A DNA stretch of 43,575 bases, taken from NCBI GenBank assembly GCA_003251995.1, contig QKDT01000015.1:1-43575 (forward strand), read 5' to 3'. The stretch is from Desulfovibrio desulfuricans (lineage in GTDB: Bacteria > Desulfobacterota > Desulfovibrionia > Desulfovibrionales > Desulfovibrionaceae). A program made the position numbers and the translations under genes. Positions within the stretch are counted from its first letter, which is position 1; each line of letters begins with the position of its first letter. Below are positions 15,619 through 23,505 of the stretch, in pieces. The notes under the pieces were generated by a model that saw only the letters and a program-made list of their open reading frames with translations, did no database searches and was not told where the DNA came from.

Positions 15619-16901
15619 GAAAGTGGTGGAACCCGTCCACATGGGGCAACGCACAGCCTAAAGCCTCCTACGGCGGCACGCTGGATGATGAGGCCCGCAT
15701 TATGGAGTCCCTCATTGGCGGTGCATCTGCTGGCTATCCCACTGCCAGCGGCGTGGTGGTGAACGAGTCCACGGCAATGCGCGTCAGTGCTGTTTATCGC
15801 TGCGTTGCCCTGCTGTCTGGCACAATCGCCAGCCTGCCTTGCGAGGTTTACCGCGATGGCAAGGGCGGCAAGGCCGAATCTGCCACAGACCATCCGGCCT
15901 ACTATCTGCTGCACAACGAAGCCTGCGCACTTATGACGGCGCACCAGTTTTGGCGCACCTTCCTTTGGTCAGCCTTTATGCACGGTAACGGCTATGCGCT
16001 GATATCTCGTACAGCCTTGGGCGCACCAAAGAGTCTTTCTTGGGTAGCCCCGTATCGCTGCACGCCAAAGTTGAATGACGACAAAACGCGGCTGCTCTAT
16101 CAAATGACGCTGCCGAATGGGCCGTTTGCCGTGTTCGACCAAGACGATGTGCTGCACTGGACGTTTCTCGGCTGGGATGGAACCAAGGGAATGTCGCCTA
16201 TGGACTGCGCACGCGGGGCCATTGCCCTTGCCGTAGCCGGGCAGGAGTTCAACGAGCGGTTTTTCAGCCAAGGCAACGCGGCAGACTACGCTTTTGAGTT
16301 TCCGCAGAAGTTTGATCTTGAGCAGGCCAACACCTTCTATGACATATGGGAAAAGAACCATACCGGCCTGTCAAAATCGCGCAAACCGATCATTGCAGAC
16401 AACGGGGCGAAAGTGACACGCCTCGATTTCAAGGCTGACGAATCGCAGCTCATGGAGTCCCGCTCATTTCAGGTCGAGGACATATGCCGCTTCTACGGTG
16501 TTCCCCCTCACATGGTGGGGCATACGAGCAAAAGTACCTCTTGGGGTACGGGCATCGAAGAACAAACTCTTGGCTTCGTCAAGTTCACCCTGCGGGATAT
16601 TCTCAAGGGGCTGGAACAGGAAATTGACCGCAAGCTGCTCCGATCTGCCAAGTTCTACAGCAAGTTTAACCTTGACGCTCTGCTGAGGGCCGACTCCAAG
16701 GGCCGCGCAGACTTCTACAAGGCTGCATTGGGCGGCACGCAGAACCCAGGATTTATGACCGTCAATGAAGTGCGGGCGCTGGAAAATCTCGCGCCGCTTG
16801 ACGGTGGAGATGAATTGCACGCGCCGGAACCGTCCACGCAACCAGACACAGCAAGCCAGCCAGATCAGAATACAAACGAAGGGGGCAGCAATGCAGCCTA
16901 A
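15615..16901 (+). CDS. portal protein (HK97 family)
   Basis: SAVYRCV..LS..IASLP, GNGYA, EDICRFYGVPPHMVG, MTVNEVRALEN. Confidence 0.95.
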   Translation: MRKWWNPSTWGNAQPKASYGGTLDDEARIMESLIGGASAGYPTASGVVVNESTAMRVSAVYRCVALLSGTIASLPCEVYRDGKGGKAESATDHPAYYLLHNEACALMTAHQFWRTFLWSAFMHGNGYALISRTALGAPKSLSWVAPYRCTPKLNDDKTRLLYQMTLPNGPFAVFDQDDVLHWTFLGWDGTKGMSPMDCARGAIALAVAGQEFNERFFSQGNAADYAFEFPQKFDLEQANTFYDIWEKNHTGLSKSRKPIIADNGAKVTRLDFKADESQLMESRSFQVEDICRFYGVPPHMVGHTSKSTSWGTGIEEQTLGFVKFTLRDILKGLEQEIDRKLLRSAKFYSKFNLDALLRADSKGRADFYKAALGGTQNPGFMTVNEVRALENLAPLDGGDELHAPEPSTQPDTASQPDQNTNEGGSNAA

Positions 16902-17655
16902 TACGATGAACGCCCGCCAGTTGCTCGAAGACGCCCGCGCCACGGCAAAGGCCCGCATTGATGCCGGGGGGCCGCGCCTGCTTTCGCCTGCCCCTGTGCT
17001 GAATGCGGCTGCTGATGAAGCCACGGTGTACCTGTACGATGCAATTGATTCGTTTTGGGGCATTGACGCTGGCGAGTTCGTTAAGGCTCTGAGTGAGATC
17101 GCCGCCAAGACAATCCATCTGCGCATTAACTCCCCCGGCGGGTCTGTTTTCGATGCCGAGGCCATCCAGACGGCCTTGCAGCAGCACAAGGCCCGCGTGG
17201 TGGCGCACATTGATGGCATGGCGGCATCTGCTGCGACCTATGTGGCCCTTGCTGCGGATGAAGTCGAGATGTCGGACGGAGCAATGTTCATGATTCACAA
17301 CGCCTGGACATTTGCTTTCGGCAACGCTTCTGAACTTGTGGAAACTGCGGCCTTGCTGGAAAAAATAGACGCAAATTTGCTGCGCGATTACCAAGCCAAA
17401 ACCGGGGCCAGCGCAAATCAGATCAAGCAGTGGATGGACGCGGAAACGTGGTTCACTGCGCAAGAAGCCCTGACAAACGGATTTGTTGACCGCATCTACG
17501 GCAACACTGACGCGCCGGAAGACGAGCCGGAAGACAAAAAAACCGCCGCCAAGGCTGACGACAACCAAACAAAAAACTCTGCCGAAGATCAGGCCGCAAT
17601 TGCTGCGCGTATGCGCCGCGAACGCGAATTGGCACTGGTCGAGGCGGGCATATAG
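16891..17655 (+). CDS. ClpP-type head maturation protease
   Basis: INSPGGSVF, IDGMAASAAT, MIHNAW, ETWFTAQEA...GFVD. Confidence 0.93.
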   Translation: MQPNTMNARQLLEDARATAKARIDAGGPRLLSPAPVLNAAADEATVYLYDAIDSFWGIDAGEFVKALSEIAAKTIHLRINSPGGSVFDAEAIQTALQQHKARVVAHIDGMAASAATYVALAADEVEMSDGAMFMIHNAWTFAFGNASELVETAALLEKIDANLLRDYQAKTGASANQIKQWMDAETWFTAQEALTNGFVDRIYGNTDAPEDEPEDKKTAAKADDNQTKNSAEDQAAIAARMRRERELALVEAGI

Positions 17656-17696
17656 CGGGAAACCCGCAAAAACAAACTCCCATGGAGGGAACGATT

Positions 17697-18980
17697 ATGT
17701 TCAAGTCCATCCAAGCCCTGCGGGAACAGAAGGCCGAAAAACTCAAGGCCGCCCGCGAAATGCAGAACAAGGAAGACTTTACCCCCGAAGACCAGACGGC
17801 GTTTGAAGCCCTGCTTGCTGAGGCCGAAGCCATTGAAGCCCGCATTCAGGGGCAGATGAAGCTGGACGGCCTGACCGACCCTGTCAACGCTGAAAGTATC
17901 GCCGGGGCTGCCAATGAGGTCGGGCGTATCGAGGTAGAGGCAAAGCCCGTTTACCGCAACCTGGGCGAACAGCTCATTGACGTGCAGGCCATGACGCTTG
18001 ACACCGCAGCGGCCCCCAAGGCCCGCGAACGCTTTGTTCAGGTGGTCAACGCTGCCTCCGGCGCAACCACTGGCGTGGACAGCGAGGGCGGCTATCTCGT
18101 TGAAAAGGACAAGTCCAGCGAGATCATGACCACATCGATGGAAACCGGCCTGCTGGCCCGCCGCGTCACCGTGCAGCCCATCAGTGCCAACTCGGACGGC
18201 TTCGAGTATATGGCCTCCGACGATCGCAACCGTACCACCCGTAACGGCCTGTCCGTCTACTGGAAGGGTGAAGCCACCACCATGGCCTCGTCCGGCAAGG
18301 TGTCGCTCAAGCCGCGTGAAATGCGCGTCAAAGACCTGTACGGCATCCTGTACGTCACCAACCGCATGCTTCGTGATGCCCCGGCCCTTGCCGCCTTCGC
18401 CCAGCGTGTATTGCGTGAAGAGTTCGCGTTCAAGCTCGATCAGGCCATTTTTGAAGGCTCCGGCAGCGGTCAGCCCGTTGGCATCATGAATTCTGCTCTG
18501 CCAATCACCGTGGCAAAGGAAACCAGCCAGACCGCAGCCACCGTCAACGCCAACAACCTGGTGAAAATGCTGGCCCGCTTCAAGGGCAACATGGCGAATG
18601 CCGAATGGTACTTGAACCCTGATGTTTTGCCGCAGTTGCCGCTTATGACCGTGGGCAACCAGCCTGTGTTTATTCCCGGTGGCAGCTTCGCCAATGCCCC
18701 GTTTGGCACGCTGTTCGGTCGACCCATTGTGCCGCTGGAGTTCTGCGAAACGCTGGGAACCAAGGGTGACATTATCCTTGGCGACTTCTCGGAATACATG
18801 ATTGTGCAGAAGGGCGGCATGGAAGTTGCCGAATCCATGCACGTCAAGTTCCTCACGGACGAAATGGCCTACCGCTTCATCACCCGCGTTGACGGTCAGC
18901 CCATGCACAATGAACCCATTACGCCGCTCAAGGGTACGAACACGCTTTCGCCCTTCGTCATGCTTGCGGCCCGCGCCTAA
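17697..18980 (+). CDS. major capsid protein (HK97 fold)
   Basis: N-terminal coiled-coil delta domain, EGGYLV, LDQAIFEGSG.GQP.GI, LFGRPI, GDFSEY, RVDGQP. Confidence 0.93.
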   Translation: MFKSIQALREQKAEKLKAAREMQNKEDFTPEDQTAFEALLAEAEAIEARIQGQMKLDGLTDPVNAESIAGAANEVGRIEVEAKPVYRNLGEQLIDVQAMTLDTAAAPKARERFVQVVNAASGATTGVDSEGGYLVEKDKSSEIMTTSMETGLLARRVTVQPISANSDGFEYMASDDRNRTTRNGLSVYWKGEATTMASSGKVSLKPREMRVKDLYGILYVTNRMLRDAPALAAFAQRVLREEFAFKLDQAIFEGSGSGQPVGIMNSALPITVAKETSQTAATVNANNLVKMLARFKGNMANAEWYLNPDVLPQLPLMTVGNQPVFIPGGSFANAPFGTLFGRPIVPLEFCETLGTKGDIILGDFSEYMIVQKGGMEVAESMHVKFLTDEMAYRFITRVDGQPMHNEPITPLKGTNTLSPFVMLAARA

Positions 18981-18991
18981 GGAGCAAGGAC

Positions 18992-19459
18992 ATGAATATC
19001 TCTGAAAACACGCACATTGTTTCCGCTTTTGGCCCGCAGGCTGGCGGCAGTGCCATTGCTGGCGATTACATCAGCTTGAAAAACGCCTCGCACGTCACCG
19101 TGCTGGTGGAAGTAACGCAGGGCAACGCCACCACCGTGGCTCTGACTCTGGAACAGGCCACCGCTGTGGCTGGCACTGACAGCAAGGCCATTACCGAGGC
19201 TGTGCCGATCTATCTGGTTGCGGATGCTGACGGCTCCGATCTGTGGGTGCGTCAGGCTGATGCCGTCAGCTACACCACCAGCGCGGCCCTGAAAACCAAG
19301 ATGGTTGCCTTTGAGGTGGACGTGGACACGCTGGACACCAACAACGGTTTTGACTGCCTGTGCGTCAAGGCCGCTGCCAGCAACGCCGCAAACATCCTTG
19401 CGGCTCAGTACATCGTCACCGGAGAGCGTTACCACAACGTCAGCATGATTGTGGACTAA
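18992..19459 (+). CDS. virion structural protein (probable head decoration)
   Basis: AAGGAG RBS; beta-rich Ala/Thr/Val protein right after the capsid gene. Confidence 0.7.
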   Translation: MNISENTHIVSAFGPQAGGSAIAGDYISLKNASHVTVLVEVTQGNATTVALTLEQATAVAGTDSKAITEAVPIYLVADADGSDLWVRQADAVSYTTSAALKTKMVAFEVDVDTLDTNNGFDCLCVKAAASNAANILAAQYIVTGERYHNVSMIVD

Positions 19460-19504
19460 CAGACCCAAGCGGCCCGGCATTCTAAGGTGTCGGGCCGCAA
19501 AGGA

Positions 19505-20107
19505 ATGAATATGCGGCACTGCCTACCCAAGACCATATCCATGCGCTGCACGGTTGACGCTGCATTTGAACCGCTGACGCTGGAAGAAGCAAAGCTGTTC
19601 TCCCGCGTTGACCATGACGCAGACGACACCCTGCTGACATCCATGATTACGGTGGCGCGTCAGTATGCCGAGCGGCAGACGGGCCGGGTGCTGCGTGCGT
19701 CAACGTGGCAGTGGACGGTTGAGGGCGTGTTGCTACCGTATCACAAGCTGGCTGTGCAAAACGCCCCATGCTCTGCGCTTACGGCTCTGACAGTGGATGG
19801 CACTGCGGTTGATTCCAGCCTGTATGAGTTCGTGCCGAGCGGGAACGGAGCAAACGAAGCCCCGATTCTGGCGCATCTTCTGGCACTGGAAGGGTTCCCC
19901 GAAGCCGAGGGCAAAACTGTGCTCACCCTGTCTTGTGGCTGGGCGTTGGCTGACATTCCCGAAGCGATCAAACAGTGGATGAAGGTTCGCGTGGCGACCA
20001 TGTACGAACAGCGCGAAACATTCGTGGTTGGTTCCAACGTCAAGGAGCTGGGACACAGCTTTGTTGATGGCCTGCTCGACCCCTTCCGCGTGCCGAGGTT
20101 CGCATGA
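19505..20107 (+). CDS. head-tail connector (gp6-like)
   Basis: EPLTLEEAKLFSRVD...DDTLLTSMI..AR..AERQTGR...YEQRE...LLDPFRV. Confidence 0.88.
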   Translation: MNMRHCLPKTISMRCTVDAAFEPLTLEEAKLFSRVDHDADDTLLTSMITVARQYAERQTGRVLRASTWQWTVEGVLLPYHKLAVQNAPCSALTALTVDGTAVDSSLYEFVPSGNGANEAPILAHLLALEGFPEAEGKTVLTLSCGWALADIPEAIKQWMKVRVATMYEQRETFVVGSNVKELGHSFVDGLLDPFRVPRFA

Positions 20108-20472
20108 ACGCCGGACGCCTGCGCCACCGCATCACCTTGCAAACCCTCACTCGCACCACTGACGATTTCGGCGGTGTGAGCGAGGCGTGGACAGATGCCG
20201 CAACGCTGTGGGCCTCTGTGGAGCCGCTCAAAGGTGAAGAATATTTCAACGCCACAAGCACAAAGGCCATGCACCAAGCTGTTGCCTCGGTTGAGGCCCG
20301 CATGTGGATACGCCCGCGCGCTGGCATCAATCCGGCTCTGAATCGGGTTGTCCACAACGGCATCACCTACGATATCATCAGCGTTATTGGCGACAATTGG
20401 GGCCGCAGCATGCAACTGATGGTTAAAGCCAAGGCAACGGAACAAACAGGCGGGAGCGGCGTAAATGGCTAG
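20104..20472 (+). CDS. head closure / head-tail adaptor
   Basis: MNAGRLRHRITLQ...DDFGG...W....LWASVEPL.G.EY. Confidence 0.9.
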   Translation: MNAGRLRHRITLQTLTRTTDDFGGVSEAWTDAATLWASVEPLKGEEYFNATSTKAMHQAVASVEARMWIRPRAGINPALNRVVHNGITYDIISVIGDNWGRSMQLMVKAKATEQTGGSGVNG

Positions 20473-20854
20473 CGCGGTAGACTTTGAAAAAAGCTTGGTG
20501 GCAACGCTCAAGGCGAATACCGCCCTGACTGCGCTGGTCGGCACAAAGATTTTCCCGCTTATCGTGCCGCAAGGAACGCCCTTCCCCTGCATCAGCTATC
20601 AGCGCATCAGCGGCATGCCTGCCAACACGCTCAGTGGGCATTCTGGCCTTGAACAGATTGATTTGCAGATTGATGTGTGGGCCAAGACCTACGCTGAGTC
20701 CAAGGAAATTGCGAAGGCTGTTCGTGCGGCAATGCCTGCCACTGGCACGCCTTTTTCTGCTCATTTGAGAACGGATGAAGACCTACCCGGCGACGATGGA
20801 ACGTATTTCCGCGTCAGCATGGAATACACGGTCTGGTTCCTAGAAACGGAATAA
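20465..20854 (+). CDS. tail terminator (DUF3168-like)
   Basis: IFPL..PQG...PCISYQRISG...LQIDVWA.TY motif. Confidence 0.85.
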   Translation: MASAVDFEKSLVATLKANTALTALVGTKIFPLIVPQGTPFPCISYQRISGMPANTLSGHSGLEQIDLQIDVWAKTYAESKEIAKAVRAAMPATGTPFSAHLRTDEDLPGDDGTYFRVSMEYTVWFLETE

Positions 20855-20866
20855 GGAGAACCCATT

Positions 20867-21811
20867 ATGACCGCTATCGCCGTCGGCGCTAAGTCGTCGA
20901 TTTTGATGGACGTAGAAACGTCCTTTGGCGTTCCCCCGACCACACACGCCGGGGTGATTCTTCCGCTCAACACTTTTGCCGTAAAGCCCACCCGCAGTAA
21001 AAACAGCTCTGCGACCCTGACCGGGCGTTACGACCCTGCCCAGCCGTTTGACGGCAACCTTGAAGTGTCGGGCAGCGTTGTTGTGCCGCTGGATGCCCGC
21101 GCTTTCGGGCATTGGCTCAAGGCCATGTTTGGCACTCCGACCACAACCGGGGCCAGTGTTCCGTACACCCATGTGTGGAAAAGCAACAGCGACATGCCCA
21201 GCCTCGCCATGCAAGCAAAGTATGGCACGGTCTACGGTCTGTTCACTGGCTGCAAGGTTTCAAACATGACAATTCAGGCGGGCGGTGATGGTGAATTGAC
21301 CGCCTCCGTTAACCTTGTGGGCCGTGATGCTGATTACAGCACCACCAATTATAATTCCAGTGCTGCCAGCGTTGCCCTGCAACGATTCAGCAATTTTCAG
21401 GGCAGTATCCTTTCTGGCGGCTCATCGCTTGGCGTGGTCACAAGCTTCTCGTTGACGCTTGATTTCGGTCTGCAAACGGACATTCGCGCCATCGGCGACC
21501 AGGGCCGCGTGTATGACTTGCCGCAAGGCACAATGAAGATCAGCGGCGGCATCACGGTGTTTTTCACTGATGCCACATTGCTCAACAAGGCCAAGGCATC
21601 GGAAGAACTGGCCCTGTCCATGTCCTTCACCATTGATGAAGACAATTCGCTCACTTTCGATTTTCCGGAAGTGCAGCTTTCCTACGAGGGGCCACAAATC
21701 GATGGCCCCACAGGCATTAAGCAGGAATACAAGTTTGAAGCCTACTACAACAACGCGGTTGCCGGTGCTGCCGTGGTTGCCACCCTCGTAAACGACAAGG
21801 CGTCCTACTAG
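20867..21811 (+). CDS. major tail tube protein
   Basis: ETSFGV.P, FTGCKV, LTFDFPEV...P.IDGP.GI motifs; position. Confidence 0.85.
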   Translation: MTAIAVGAKSSILMDVETSFGVPPTTHAGVILPLNTFAVKPTRSKNSSATLTGRYDPAQPFDGNLEVSGSVVVPLDARAFGHWLKAMFGTPTTTGASVPYTHVWKSNSDMPSLAMQAKYGTVYGLFTGCKVSNMTIQAGGDGELTASVNLVGRDADYSTTNYNSSAASVALQRFSNFQGSILSGGSSLGVVTSFSLTLDFGLQTDIRAIGDQGRVYDLPQGTMKISGGITVFFTDATLLNKAKASEELALSMSFTIDEDNSLTFDFPEVQLSYEGPQIDGPTGIKQEYKFEAYYNNAVAGAAVVATLVNDKASY

Positions 21812-21828
21812 GCGCGAAGGGATAAAAT

Positions 21829-22068
21829 ATGCGTACTGTGACTCTTTCTGACGGCAAGACCATGGAAGTTGGCCCCATGACTGGCAAGCAGGTTCGTGCC
21901 AGCAATTCTCCGGACAAAAAGGACTGGATTGCGGAAGCCTTCGCCAACCTTGAAAACGTGGGAATCGGGCCGGATGTGACGGATGATATGCCATTCCCTG
22001 ACGTGATGAAGCTCAGTCAGGCCGTTGTGGCTGAAACCTTCGGCCTGCCGGAAGAAGAAAAAAACTAG
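21829..22068 (+). CDS. tail assembly chaperone (gpG-like)
   Basis: Ends EEEKN* over the slippery heptamer A-AAA-AAC (22059-22065). Confidence 0.8.
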   Translation: MRTVTLSDGKTMEVGPMTGKQVRASNSPDKKDWIAEAFANLENVGIGPDVTDDMPFPDVMKLSQAVVAETFGLPEEEKN

Positions 22069-22415
22069 CGGCAGTCTGGCAATGGTTGTCGGGTGATGGC
22101 GCGGACTACTGCGAAACGTGCAGACGCGCCAAGCAGCAAACCGGGGACATGCCAGACTGCAAAGAGTGTGAAGGCCGCTGTCCTGAATTGCTGCCGGGGA
22201 ATGATGAAGCCTTTGAACTGCTCATGGCTGGAAGTACGCAAATGCGCGTAGGCGGTATGGGTAGCGTTATTGGATACGACTACAACGCGCTGGCACTGCT
22301 GGCGAACACCATGTGCATTGATCTCACCCCGGCGATCTGGCGCAAGGTCAGGGCCGTTGAGACGGTAATCAGGCGCATGGCTAAAGAAGAGGCCGAGAGG
22401 CAGAAACGCAGCTAG
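22059..22415 (+). CDS. tail assembly chaperone -1 frameshift extension (gpGT-like, DUF1799-like)
   Basis: -1 frame open from the slippery site (KLAAVWQWLSGDGADYCETC...TQMRVGGMG..IGYDYNAL). Confidence 0.8.
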   Translation, partial: KKLAAVWQWLSGDGADYCETCRRAKQQTGDMPDCKECEGRCPELLPGNDEAFELLMAGSTQMRVGGMGSVIGYDYNALALLANTMCIDLTPAIWRKVRAVETVIRRMAKEEAERQKRS

Positions 22416-22457
22416 GCCGAAGGTTCATTGACAATGGCATAGGGGTTTGCGGAATTT

Positions 22458-22494
22458 GGGGCCGGGGCTTCGGCTCTGGCCCCTATTTGTTTTG
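22458..22494 (+). terminator. intrinsic terminator inside the tail operon
   Basis: GGGGCCGGGGC-TTCG-GCTCTGGCCCC followed by TATTTGTTTTG. Confidence 0.65.
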
Positions 22495-22653
22495 TGCGCT
22501 CAAAACACCCGCCACATTTAGATTCTGCGGCGTTAAAATTCTGTTCTCGGCAGATTGTTCGCGTTGGCGCGTAAAATGCTGCATATGGCTATTGTGGGTC
22601 GTATCGCTCGTAAAACGAAAAAGCAGCCCATTTCTGAGCGGCCCGTGGTCAAA

Positions 22654-22980
22654 TTACGTTGGTTTATCCTCTGCCATCTCTGACTGTCTCGGTTCTTTTG
22701 GCAAAGGTTCAACGTCTCGCCCGCAATGCTTGCAGACAATCGCCTCGGCTTTAATCATCTCTGCGCAAAATGGGCATTTACGTTCTTCTTTTTCTGGCTC
22801 GGCTGCCTCTTCTGGAGCGTCATTTTGTTCTTCAACTTTGGGCATGAACCCGGCTGCCAATAAAGCAAACACGCCGAATATCAGGCCAAGTACAAGCCAG
22901 CCACCAAAACTTCTGCCCTTGCTACCAGCAATGATAGCAGAAAAAACGCCACAGCCAATCCACAGCAAAAGATAGTCCAT
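22654..22980 (-). CDS. moron: membrane protein with C-terminal zinc ribbon
   Basis: Two TM segments (KGRSFGGW.VLG..FG.FAL) and CPFCAE.IK.EAIVCKHCG; antisense within the tail operon. Confidence 0.85.
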   Translation of the reverse strand: MDYLLLWIGCGVFSAIIAGSKGRSFGGWLVLGLIFGVFALLAAGFMPKVEEQNDAPEEAAEPEKEERKCPFCAEMIKAEAIVCKHCGRDVEPLPKEPRQSEMAEDKPT

Positions 22981-23089
22981 ATATCACCGCCAATTTTTGA
23001 GTATAGAATATCATTTTCTATCATCCACATCAACGCTAAAGACACGCTTTTTCCGCAAACTCCCTGCCGTTGCAACCTGTGAGGTGGAT

Positions 23090-23503
23090 ATGGCTGATGT
23101 GAAAGTAAATCTCGATGTGTCGGGCATCACCAAACAGGTTGCCGAGGCTGCGCACAAGACGATCATTTTTGACGTGGCGACACAGGTGCTTGCCGAGGTG
23201 AAAAAGTCCAACGCTTTTTATGACGACCAAAGCGGAGAGCTGCGGGCATCGTTCAGGTTGGTCAAGATCATGGACGGCTTTCGTTATCGCATTGAATCCC
23301 GCAACCCCCATGCCTGGTATCTGGAAAAAGGACATTTGCTTACGGCATGGGGCAATAGAACGGAAAAGCACATCAAGGGCCGTTACCCGCTGCGCCGGGC
23401 CAGAAACAAGATCATGCGCAGGATGAAAGATATTTTGTCTGACTACTCAATTTTCATTTCAAAGGGTTCTGGCGTGTACATCCGTAAAGGAAGGAAGGCG
23501 TAA
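23090..23503 (+). CDS. HK97 gp10-like neck/tail-completion protein
   Basis: GAGGTGG RBS; SGELRASF...NPHAWYLEKGH...GRYPLRRA motifs. Confidence 0.7.
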   Translation: MADVKVNLDVSGITKQVAEAAHKTIIFDVATQVLAEVKKSNAFYDDQSGELRASFRLVKIMDGFRYRIESRNPHAWYLEKGHLLTAWGNRTEKHIKGRYPLRRARNKIMRRMKDILSDYSIFISKGSGVYIRKGRKA

Positions 23504-23505
23504 GC

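Noticed and set aside
17589-18908. Long antisense ORFs (e.g. 17589-18908, 14467-15408, 7715-8674, 24787-25596)
   Set aside because: They shadow well-supported genes on the opposite strand, lack RBS and recognisable motifs, and are expected from codon bias in GC-rich genes.
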